A DNA stretch of 64,000 nucleotides from Acidimicrobiia bacterium (GTDB lineage Bacteria; Actinomycetota; Acidimicrobiia; Acidimicrobiales; Bin134), in NCBI GenBank assembly GCA_022819825.1, contig JAJEGM010000028.1:1838-65837 (forward strand), in the 5' to 3' direction. Positions 46,325 through 54,358 of this stretch are shown piece by piece. Every line of letters starts with the position of its first letter. Within the stretch, counting starts at the first letter, position 1. The position numbers and the translations under genes are program-made. The notes below the pieces were generated by a model. The model made no database searches and had not been told where the DNA came from. It saw only the letters and a program-made list of their open reading frames with translations.

Positions 46325-46756
46325 TCAGGCGGGGCGCCAGGCAAGGAGGGTAAAGTGGCCTTCGTCGTCGGTGTGGTCTTCGAAGGCCACTTCGATGGGC
46401 TGGCCGCTGACAGGCTCGTCGTCGCCTTGCCAGGTGGCGGGTAGGCACAGGTCTTCTTGTTCGTCGAGTCGTCCCAGCACCACGGTGTAGGGGGAGGCGA
46501 ACCCGGGGAGGAAGGCGTGGTGGTTCACCACCCAGCTCTCCACCGTGGCCCGGCTCGACAGCAGCGTCCACGTGAACTCGAAAGAGGCGCAGCGACCGCA
46601 CATGGCCCGTGGTGGCCACCGCCATGCCCCACAATCGTCGCAGCGCTGCAACTCGAAGCGGTGCTGGTTGACCCGCTCCCACCATGGGGCCGAGTCCCGC
46701 TCGGGGTAGGGCCGGGGCTTGGGGGCTTGCTCGGCCGGGTGGTCAACGGCGGTCAT
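46325..46756 (-). CDS. Zn-ribbon / OB-fold DUF35 protein (thiolase-associated)
   Basis: ..PWWERVNQHRFELQRCDDCGAWRWPPRAMCGRCAS.. rubredoxin-like CxxC..CxxC followed by an OB-fold region. ATG 46756 is chosen. Confidence 0.8.
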   Translation of the reverse strand: MTAVDHPAEQAPKPRPYPERDSAPWWERVNQHRFELQRCDDCGAWRWPPRAMCGRCASFEFTWTLLSSRATVESWVVNHHAFLPGFASPYTVVLGRLDEQEDLCLPATWQGDDEPVSGQPIEVAFEDHTDDEGHFTLLAWRPA

Positions 46757-46860
46757 CGTTCCCAGACTGCCACAGTCCCGACCTAGAGTGGGCCGAGCCC
46801 AGCCAAGAGCGCTGGAAAGCACCCTTTTCGAAAGACCCAGAACAAACCAGTTGCCCTGAG

Positions 46861-46902
46861 ATGACGGTAGAGCGATGACGGCAAAGCCATGACGGTAGAG
46901 CG
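46861..46902 (+). repeat. 14-bp x 3 tandem repeat spanning the MFS start codon
   Basis: ATGACGGTAGAGCG / ATGACGGCAAAGCC / ATGACGGTAGAGCG. Units 1 and 3 are identical. Each unit starts with ATG, and each short frame stops in the ATGA of the next unit. Confidence 0.9.
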
Positions 46903-48145
46903 AACAGTGGCCTATCAGCGGGCGTCTCGGACGCTGATGGCCTCGGTGGTCCCCACCTCGGCGGCCATGGCTTCGGGGTTCGCGGCGGCTGCGGTGCTGG
47001 CCAAGGAGATCACCGACAGCGAGACGCTGGCCGGGGTGGCCGCCGCCATGATGCAGGTGGGCAGCGTGGCGATGACCGTCCCCTTGGCTCGCCGAATGGC
47101 CCGACTCGGCCGCCGCCGGGGCTTGGTGGCCGGGTGGTCCATTGGAACGGTTGGAGCCACCCTTGCCTTTCTGGCCGCGGTGGCCGACTTCTATCCACTG
47201 TTGGTGGTGGGGATTGTCGGAATCGGCGCGGGCAACGCCACCAACTTGGCGGCCCGATTCGCCTCCGCCGACCTGGCCCCCGACGACCGGCGGGCCCGAG
47301 CCATCGGAATGCTGGTGTGGTCGACGACGTTCGGTGCGGCCCTAGGACCCACCATTGCGCTGGGTCCCGCGTCGGCGGTGGCCGGGTTCTTCGGTCTGCC
47401 GGAGCTGTCCGGCCCCTATCTGCTTGGCATGGTCCTCTTCGTCATCGGGCTCACCGTTACCCATATGTGGCTGCGCCCCGACCCGTTGGAAGTGCTGGGC
47501 ACAGTGGGCAAAGCCGCGGCCCGGCCGGCACCGCTGCGGGTGGTGGGACGGCGAATCGCCACCGTGCCGGCTGCCCGGCTGGCGGTGATCGCCATGCTCA
47601 CCGGCCAAGCCGTGATGGTGGGGGTGATGACCATGACCCCGCTGCACATGGACAACGGCGACCACCATCTCCGGGTGATCGGCTGGGTGATCTCAGTACA
47701 TGTCATCGGGATGTTCGCCTTCTCCCCCATCGTGGGCTGGCTCGTCGACCGCATCGGCCCCTATCTCATGGTGGCGTTGGGCGGGGTGATCCTGTGCATT
47801 GGCGCGGAGACTGCGGCCCACAACAGCGCCGAGGACAGCGCTGGGATGTTCGCCGGCCTCCTGCTGGTGGGTTTGGGCTGGAGTTTCGGGCTGATCGCGG
47901 GGAGCGCGCTGCTCACCTCGGCGTTCCCGGTGGTCCAGCGGGTGGAAATGCAGGGAGGCGCTGATCTATTGATGACCGGTGGCGGTGCGATCGCCGGTTT
48001 GTCTTCCGGCGTGGCCATGGAACACTTCGGCTTTCACTCGCTGAGCCACTGGGCTGGGCTGGCGGCGTTGGTACTGGTGGCTGCCGCAGCCGCCGCTTGG
48101 TACGCCGCTCGCCAGGAGCGAGCCGAACCGGTTCCCACTGGGTAA
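46889..48145 (+). CDS. MFS transporter
   Basis: 418-aa ORF with about 12 hydrophobic segments and ..LARRMARLGRRRGL.. (motif A-like loop). Confidence 0.8.
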   Translation: MTVERTVAYQRASRTLMASVVPTSAAMASGFAAAAVLAKEITDSETLAGVAAAMMQVGSVAMTVPLARRMARLGRRRGLVAGWSIGTVGATLAFLAAVADFYPLLVVGIVGIGAGNATNLAARFASADLAPDDRRARAIGMLVWSTTFGAALGPTIALGPASAVAGFFGLPELSGPYLLGMVLFVIGLTVTHMWLRPDPLEVLGTVGKAAARPAPLRVVGRRIATVPAARLAVIAMLTGQAVMVGVMTMTPLHMDNGDHHLRVIGWVISVHVIGMFAFSPIVGWLVDRIGPYLMVALGGVILCIGAETAAHNSAEDSAGMFAGLLLVGLGWSFGLIAGSALLTSAFPVVQRVEMQGGADLLMTGGGAIAGLSSGVAMEHFGFHSLSHWAGLAALVLVAAAAAAWYAARQERAEPVPTG

Positions 48146-48168
48146 CCAACCCCTTCGCCGGCAATCAG

Positions 48169-49338
48169 TCAGCCATCGCGGCGCAGGATGACGGCCGAGG
48201 AATTGCCGGCCACATAGCCGGGCTGGCCGGTGGACAGGGCCACCTCGGCGCCGGGGACTTGGAACCGTCCGGCAGTGCCCCTCACTTGGCGGACAGCCTC
48301 GTGCAGGTTGTTGAGGCCATGCACATAGCCCTCCGACAAGAACCCGCCGTGGGTGTTCACCGGTACCCGTCCTCCGGGAGCGGTTCCCCCCTCGGCAATG
48401 AAGGCGGCCGCCTCGCCTTTGGGGGCGAACCCGTAATCCTCAACTTGGACCAACACGAGGTGGGTGAAGGCGTCGTACAGAGAGGCGTACTGGATGTCGT
48501 CGGGGCCGACCCCGGCCATCTCGTACAGCCGACGGGCCATCTTGGCGGCAATCGAGGTGGTCCAGTCGGCCTGCACCCGGTTACTGTGCATCATGTGGCC
48601 TCCGCCCCAGGTCATCCCCGAGACCAGCACCGGGGGCTGGCGCAGATCCCGGGCTCGCTCCGCGGTAGTGATCACCACTGCGGCGGCCGCGTCGGTCTCC
48701 AAACAGCAGTCGAATAGCCGGAACGGCTCCACGATCCAGCGGGAGGCCAGGTAGTCGTCCATGGTCATGGGGGCCCGCATCATGGCCCGTTCGTTGTGGA
48801 CAGCGTTGGCCCGCTGTTGCACGGCGATGCGCCCTAGATCCTCAGAGGTGGTGCCCCACTGGCTCATGTGGGAGCGGGCGAACATGGCATACCACTGCGG
48901 CGGGGTCACCCAGCCGATGGGGTGCTGGTACTGGGTTTCCACGATGGCCGGCGGCGGGCGGCCCGTGCCGCCCATGCGGTGCTCGGAGCGGGCGTTGATG
49001 GATCGCCACACCACGATATGGCGGGCATGGCCCAAAGCGGCGGCACTGGCGGCGTGACCCACCACCGAGTGGGAGGTGGACCCGCCCCCGAACTGGTCGC
49101 AATACCAAGACAGGTCTTCCACCCCCAGGCACTGGGCCACTATGGAGGCGGTGATGGAGTCCTGCACCTGGTGGCAGGCCACACCGTCGATGTCCTCCCG
49201 GCGCAGCCCGGCGTCCTCGATGGCGGCCATGATGGCCCGCAACGCCAGCGTGAGGGTGCTCACCCCCGAGTTCTTCGACAGCTCGGTGATGCCGATGCCC
49301 GCGATGGCGGCTTTGTCGCGGAAGGGGTGTTGGCTCAC
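48169..49338 (-). CDS. thiolase-like protein (SCP-x / lipid-transfer-type, usual partner of DUF35)
   Basis: ..KAAIAGIGITE.. ..LRREDIDGV.. ..NTHGGFLSEGYVHGLN.. typical of non-condensing SCP2-type thiolases. Confidence 0.85.
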   Translation of the reverse strand: MSQHPFRDKAAIAGIGITELSKNSGVSTLTLALRAIMAAIEDAGLRREDIDGVACHQVQDSITASIVAQCLGVEDLSWYCDQFGGGSTSHSVVGHAASAAALGHARHIVVWRSINARSEHRMGGTGRPPPAIVETQYQHPIGWVTPPQWYAMFARSHMSQWGTTSEDLGRIAVQQRANAVHNERAMMRAPMTMDDYLASRWIVEPFRLFDCCLETDAAAAVVITTAERARDLRQPPVLVSGMTWGGGHMMHSNRVQADWTTSIAAKMARRLYEMAGVGPDDIQYASLYDAFTHLVLVQVEDYGFAPKGEAAAFIAEGGTAPGGRVPVNTHGGFLSEGYVHGLNNLHEAVRQVRGTAGRFQVPGAEVALSTGQPGYVAGNSSAVILRRDG

Positions 49339-49376
49339 TGTGACGACACTAGAGCGCAGCCGCTAGGTTCAGCGGC

Positions 49377-50171
49377 GTGAACGACTATCCCATCCACGTT
49401 GGCAGCATGCTCTTCACCCTGGTGGACCCCAACCCGGGCCATGAGAAGGAGTACAACCGCTGGTACGAGCGAGACCACTTCTACGCCGGGTGCATGATCG
49501 GGCCCTGGATGTTTGCCGGGTCCCGCTGGGTGGCACCCCGGGCGCTGAAGGACATGCGCATCACCGACGGCAGCGGCGAGGTATCGCAGGCTGGCCACGG
49601 CTCGTTCCTGGCGGTGTACTGGGTGCTCGACGGCCACGACGAGGAGCACTGGGAGTGGGCTGGCGAGCAGGTGCACTGGTTGTACACCAACGATCGGGGG
49701 TTCGCCGAGCGCACCCACCGCCACACCATCTTGGCCGACGTGGGCTGGGCCGCCTACCGCGACGACGATCCCGTGCCGCTGGAACTGGCTCTCGACCACG
49801 GCTACGCCGGCATCGGTGTCGTGGCCATGGACCGGGCCGAAGGTGTGAGCGAGGACGAGCTCCACACGTTTCTGCGAGACAAGGCCATGCCCGAGATGAT
49901 GGCCGGCTCCCCGGTGGCCATCGGATCCACCTGGAAGCCCCGCCAGCGCGATGAGATCACCTCCAACTCCCCCATGGACCTGGGATCGGGCACCGGAACC
50001 GAGGCCCGCACCCTCCAGATCTTCTTCTGCGATGAGCAGCCCGACGGCTGCTGGGACTCGTTCCAGGGCTATGTGGACGCCATCAATGGCTCGGGATTGG
50101 CCAACGTCTGCTGGGCCGGCCCGTTCTACAAGACGGTGGTGGGCACCGACACCTACGTCGACCAGCTCTAG
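49377..50171 (+). CDS. conserved hypothetical protein
   Basis: 264-aa ORF with a GTG start. ..MLFTLVDPNPGHEKEYNRWYERDHFYAGCMIGPWMFAG.. resembles a family I recall as common in actinobacterial lipid/steroid catabolic loci, with no assigned function. Confidence 0.6.
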   Translation: MNDYPIHVGSMLFTLVDPNPGHEKEYNRWYERDHFYAGCMIGPWMFAGSRWVAPRALKDMRITDGSGEVSQAGHGSFLAVYWVLDGHDEEHWEWAGEQVHWLYTNDRGFAERTHRHTILADVGWAAYRDDDPVPLELALDHGYAGIGVVAMDRAEGVSEDELHTFLRDKAMPEMMAGSPVAIGSTWKPRQRDEITSNSPMDLGSGTGTEARTLQIFFCDEQPDGCWDSFQGYVDAINGSGLANVCWAGPFYKTVVGTDTYVDQL

Positions 50172-50187
50172 GACTGGTTCCCCAGTT

Positions 50188-51900
50188 CTACTGGTACGAC
50201 ACGAACGCCGGGTAGGGGGAGAGCGCCAGCACCTGCTCGGCGGTCGGGGTGGGGATGTCCTCGTCGTAGAAGTTCTTCCAGCCCCAATGGAATTGGTCGG
50301 CATCGAACTCCCTGGTCAAGACATTCCAGGTGTTGTACTTGGAAGTCAGCGGACCTTGGCCGTCCATCTGGATCAACACCGCCAGCTCTGGAGGAGTTTC
50401 GATCTGGTGGCGGTTGGAGATCATGTCCAGCCGGAACTGGTGGACGATCAGAAGCTTCTGAGGCAGCGCCTCTTCCCTAACGATCCCGGCTAGCCACTGC
50501 ACAACCCGGTTGATCTCTGCGGCATCGACGGTGCCTATCTGCTCTAGGTGGACCTGGTGGGGTTTGAGCCTCCACTCGGGGTCGAGAGCCAGGCCGACAT
50601 GGGGCAGGCGGAGGAACTCCTCGTAGTACCTGGCCTGGGCGAGGAAGTCGGTTCGCCCTGGTTGGAGGTCCAGCACTACATACATGTCGTTGGCCGCCGC
50701 AGTCTCGATCCAGGGTCTGATCACATCCCGAGCGGTCTCAGCCGAATAGTCGCCGTCGCTGCCGGCACCCGCCGAGGCGACGGTGGCGATTATCTCGAAG
50801 GTGGGCAGCACCACCGAGCCATCGGCGTCGTAGCCCTCGGAAATGGATCGGAGGCGCTCCACGCCTTCCTCAGCGCTTTGCTCCCCCAGCACCCCGAGGG
50901 CCGACCCCGACGGATGGCCGTAGATGGCCACCAGGCGGCGGTCGAAACCCGCATCGAACATGAGCAGCCCACCACCAGGCAGTTCATCACCCCGGCGGAT
51001 TACCTCCATCTGCCAGCGGGCATCCCCGCCGAACTCCTCTAAGAATAATGCCCAATCGGGGGCGCTGGAGATCGCGTTGCGAATCTCCGGGGACATGGCT
51101 CGGAGGTCGCCGGACACGATGAACACCTCAGCTCCGACTTGGTGGCCGAGGGCTGCCAACGGCACGCCCTCCTCGGCATTCTCAACGAGCCACACGGGGC
51201 CATCGGACAGCCCTTCTGAGGAAAAGGTGGCCTGCTGATCAACCGCAATCTGTTCGAAAGCGAAGTCAGACAGGGCATATCGAAGGACCGGGGCGTCGAA
51301 TCCGGCTGTCACGACCAGCTCCGGAGCAAGACGCCCAAGCTCACCCATCAATTGGAGATCAAACCAAGGAGCAACCAGCAGCAGGGGGCCTCGAATCCCG
51401 CGCGACATCAGCGTGGAAATCGCCGCAGGATCGTCAGCGAACGCCAGACCCACCTCGTGGGCGCATTCGTATATGACTTTCGATATCTCAATACTGGTCA
51501 CCGCAAGAGCTCTGGGGGATAAGAGACGATGGCCGGCATCGGCAGCCGAAGGAGGGTCAAACGAATCAAGCAGTGGCGTCGTCACGGGGGATATCTGGAG
51601 ATCGTCGGGGATCACTGGCGAGCAGTCGCGCTCAGGCTCAGCAGGCACCGCGGTTGCGGTGGGCTCAGGAGACGGCGTGGGTTCGGGAGTAGCGGCGGGC
51701 TCAGCGGTCGCAGTGGGCTCTGGTGGCGGCATCGGCCCGGCAGACGGCGTGGCGGATGCAGCGGGGGTGGGGTTCGATTGGGAGGGTGTTGGCATCACAA
51801 CAGCACCTTTTGGCTGAGAATCTGACACCACCGCCGAGCTTTCAGAGCAGGACGACGCCAGCAGCAAGACGGCCAAGAAAACAACGAATCTACCGGGCAA
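50188..51900 (-). CDS. secreted lipoprotein with Pro/Thr/Ala-rich linker and a C-terminal domain of unknown function (possibly glycoside-hydrolase-like)
   Basis: Signal plus Cys (VLLLASSC), a PTPSQSNPTPAASATPS..PEPTATAEPAATPEPTPSPEPTATA linker, and a conserved-looking C-terminus ..YVVLDLQPGRTDFL..GLALDPEW..LLIVHQF... TTG start at 51900. Confidence 0.6.
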   Translation of the reverse strand: MPGRFVVFLAVLLLASSCSESSAVVSDSQPKGAVVMPTPSQSNPTPAASATPSAGPMPPPEPTATAEPAATPEPTPSPEPTATAVPAEPERDCSPVIPDDLQISPVTTPLLDSFDPPSAADAGHRLLSPRALAVTSIEISKVIYECAHEVGLAFADDPAAISTLMSRGIRGPLLLVAPWFDLQLMGELGRLAPELVVTAGFDAPVLRYALSDFAFEQIAVDQQATFSSEGLSDGPVWLVENAEEGVPLAALGHQVGAEVFIVSGDLRAMSPEIRNAISSAPDWALFLEEFGGDARWQMEVIRRGDELPGGGLLMFDAGFDRRLVAIYGHPSGSALGVLGEQSAEEGVERLRSISEGYDADGSVVLPTFEIIATVASAGAGSDGDYSAETARDVIRPWIETAAANDMYVVLDLQPGRTDFLAQARYYEEFLRLPHVGLALDPEWRLKPHQVHLEQIGTVDAAEINRVVQWLAGIVREEALPQKLLIVHQFRLDMISNRHQIETPPELAVLIQMDGQGPLTSKYNTWNVLTREFDADQFHWGWKNFYDEDIPTPTAEQVLALSPYPAFVSYQ

Positions 51901-51968
51901 TTGAGAACTCCCAGTCGGAGGCTAGCCCGACCGCAACTCTCTGTGGTGTCAGCCTCTGACCTGGTAAA

Positions 51969-52613
51969 TTACCTCTGTTCAGCCCACCATTTATCGAGCC
52001 TTGCCTCGGTGTCGGCCCGGTCCAACTCGGGCTCGGCCCGCTTCAGCTCCAAAAGGAACTTGAGCGCCGCGCCCACTTCGGGGCCAGGACCGATGCCGTA
52101 GCGCTCCATCACCTCGTTGCCGTCGATCAGCGGACGCTCGGCGGCCCGGCGCTCCTCCTCGGCCAGTCGGGCGATTCGGGCCTCCAAATCGTCCACGTGG
52201 TGCTGGAGATCGGCGGCCTTTTGGCGATTCCGGGTGGTGCAGTCGGCCCTCACCAACTCGTTGAGATAGCCCAGCAGGGATCCGGCCTCCCGGGCATAAC
52301 GGCGAACGGCAGCGTCGCTCCAACCGTCGGCGTAGCCCTTGAACCGGCCCGACAGGCGCACCAGTTCGCTCACGTCGTCCACCACATCCTCGGGATAGCC
52401 CAACTGGGTGAGCCGCTTGCGGGTCATCCGGGCCCCCACCGCCTCGTGGTGGTAGAAGGTGACCGTCCCCCGCTCATAAGAGCGGGTGCGGGGCTTGCCC
52501 ACGTCGTGGAACAGGGTGGCCAGCCGCAGAACCAGATCAGCCCGGGTCTTGGCCACAACCGCGATGGTGTGGGCCAGCACGTCCTTGTGGCGGTGGATCG
52601 GGTCTTGCTCCAA
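51969..52613 (-). CDS. cca: HD-domain protein equal to the C-terminal half of an actinobacterial CCA-adding enzyme. The nucleotidyltransferase head is absent, so it may be a pseudogene.
   Basis: ..EQDPIHRHKDV.. ..LFHDVGKP.. ..FYHHEAVGARM.. ..LVRADCTTRN.. match the PcnA/CCA C-terminus. Family-like sequence (..LVDSGLADEIVPELPALR) continues upstream in frame to about 52733 without any ATG, GTG or TTG, and it abuts the rpmG stop. Confidence 0.65.
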   Translation of the reverse strand: MEQDPIHRHKDVLAHTIAVVAKTRADLVLRLATLFHDVGKPRTRSYERGTVTFYHHEAVGARMTRKRLTQLGYPEDVVDDVSELVRLSGRFKGYADGWSDAAVRRYAREAGSLLGYLNELVRADCTTRNRQKAADLQHHVDDLEARIARLAEEERRAAERPLIDGNEVMERYGIGPGPEVGAALKFLLELKRAEPELDRADTEARLDKWWAEQR

Positions 52614-52744
52614 ACGGAGCGCGGGAAGTTCGGGAACGATCTCGTCGGCGAGGCCGGAGTCAACCAGATGCCACAGCGGCGGGGCAGGGTCTTCAGCCAG
52701 CAGCGCGGCTGTCAGGAGCTCCCTGCGCTCGTCGACGTTGGTGG

Positions 52745-52906
52745 CTACCGCTCCTCCTTGAACACAACGTGCTTGCGAGCCACCGGGTCGTACTTCTTCA
52801 GCTCGATCCGCTCCCGGTCGTTGATGCGGTTCTTGGTGGTCACGTAGGTGTAGCCGGTGCCCGCAGTGGACTTCAGCTTGATGATGGGGCGCTTGTCACT
52901 AGCCAT
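52745..52906 (-). CDS. rpmG: 50S ribosomal protein L33
   Basis: Not in the ORF track because it is under 60 aa. I translated [53 protein letters not shown], which is full-length L33 of the Cys-less type. Confidence 0.92.
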   Translation of the reverse strand: MASDKRPIIKLKSTAGTGYTYVTTKNRINDRERIELKKYDPVARKHVVFKEER

Positions 52907-52968
52907 GGCTCAGAACTTCTCCAGATTCGACTGTGGCAATTGGCCGCTCTTTTGGATAGCCATCGCAA

Positions 52969-53205
52969 TCAGAACTTCTCCCCGCGCTGGCGCATTTGGG
53001 CCACCACTTTGTCGATGCCGTGCTTGTTGATGGTCTTGAGGCCTTTGGCCGACACGTTGAGGGTGATCCACCGCTTCTCCGACGGCACCCAGAAGCGGTG
53101 CTTGTGGACGTTCGGGTTCCACCGGCGCCGCGTCTTGCGGTGCGAGTGGGACACGTTATTGCCGAACGACGGGCGACGACCGGTCACCTGGCAGACCTTG
53201 GACAT
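52969..53205 (-). CDS. rpmB: 50S ribosomal protein L28
   Basis: [34 protein letters not shown].. is the canonical L28 N-terminus. The track ORF is over-extended by 25 codons. Confidence 0.92.
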   Translation of the reverse strand: MSKVCQVTGRRPSFGNNVSHSHRKTRRRWNPNVHKHRFWVPSEKRWITLNVSAKGLKTINKHGIDKVVAQMRQRGEKF

Positions 53206-53312
53206 AGGGAACCATGTTACCGGCCCCGCCACCGGCACCGGCAAGCGGATAGCCGCAGACGCGCCCAATCTCGACAACAATCTCTGTTAGCAGGCGGGAT
53301 AGGGTCGCCGCC

Positions 53313-54335
53313 ATGAAACTCGGACTGGTCTGGGGATATTGGAGCCGCGGGATGCCCGAGGGCTTCGTGCCGCTCACCCAGGAGGCAGAGCGGCTCGGCT
53401 ACGACTCGGTGTGGACGGCCGAATCGTGGGGCTCCGATGCCTTCTCTCCGCTGGTGTGGCTGGCCGCCCACACCGAGCGCATCCGCCTGGGCACCGGCAT
53501 CGTGCAACTGGCCGCCCGCACCCCCACCGCCACCGCAATGCATGCGGTGACCGCCGACCACCTGTCCAACCAGCGCCTCATCTTGGGACTGGGCGTGTCC
53601 GGCCCCCAAGTGGTGGAGGGGTGGTACGGCCAGCCCGGCAACCGCCCACTGGCCCGCACCCGGGAATACGTGGAGATCCTGCGGCGGGTGTTCGCCCGAG
53701 ACGGTTATCTCACGTTCGAGGGCGACTACTACAACCATCCCTACAAGGGGGAGGGCGACACCGGGCTGGGCAAGCCGCTCAAGATCATGACCCATCCCCC
53801 CCGGGCCGACATCCCCATCTTCATCGGCGCCGAAGGCCCCAAGAACGTCGCCCAGACGGTGGAGATCGCCGACGGCTGGCTGCCGCTGTACTACTCCCCG
53901 TTCCGCCCCGAGGTGTACGCCGAGTCGATCGCGGGGCGCTCCGACGACTTCGAGATCACCGTCCACACCACCATCAAGGTCACCGGCGACTCCGACGAGG
54001 AGTTGGCCGAGGCGCTGTTCCCCACCAAGGCCTCGCTGGGCTTCTACATCGGGGGGATGGGGGCCAAGGGCCAGAACTACCACACCAAGCTCATGGCCCG
54101 GATGGGCTTCGAGGAGGAGGCCCATCACATCCAAGACCTGTTCTTCGAAGGTCGCCGGGAGGAGGCCATCGCCGCAGTGCCCGACCAATTCGCCGATGAG
54201 ATCTCCCTGGTGGGATCGCCGGAGCGGATCCGCGACCGACTGGCGGCCTGGAGAGAGAGCCCGGTAACCGGCATCAACGTGGGGGCCCGAAGCGCTGAGG
54301 AACTGCGCACAATCGCCGAGGTCATCCTCGGTTAG
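53313..54335 (+). CDS. LLM-class (luciferase-like) F420-dependent oxidoreductase
   Basis: MKLGLVWGYW.. ..GYDSVWTAESWGSDAFSPL.. ..IRLGTGIVQLAARTP.. ..LGLGVSGPQVVEGWYG.. matches the TIGR03559-like LLM family pattern. Confidence 0.88.
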   Translation: MKLGLVWGYWSRGMPEGFVPLTQEAERLGYDSVWTAESWGSDAFSPLVWLAAHTERIRLGTGIVQLAARTPTATAMHAVTADHLSNQRLILGLGVSGPQVVEGWYGQPGNRPLARTREYVEILRRVFARDGYLTFEGDYYNHPYKGEGDTGLGKPLKIMTHPPRADIPIFIGAEGPKNVAQTVEIADGWLPLYYSPFRPEVYAESIAGRSDDFEITVHTTIKVTGDSDEELAEALFPTKASLGFYIGGMGAKGQNYHTKLMARMGFEEEAHHIQDLFFEGRREEAIAAVPDQFADEISLVGSPERIRDRLAAWRESPVTGINVGARSAEELRTIAEVILG

Positions 54336-54358
54336 CCCAAGACTGGAATAATGACCCC

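Noticed and set aside
52910-52981. 13-bp direct repeat TCAGAACTTCTCC (52910 and 52969) and a 17-codon ORF (MAIQKSGQLPQSNLEKF) between rpmB and rpmG
   Set aside because: The second copy is simply the L28 C-terminus (..EKF-stop). The first gives a tiny ORF with no Shine-Dalgarno sequence or family resemblance. It is most simply a short duplication scar in the spacer.
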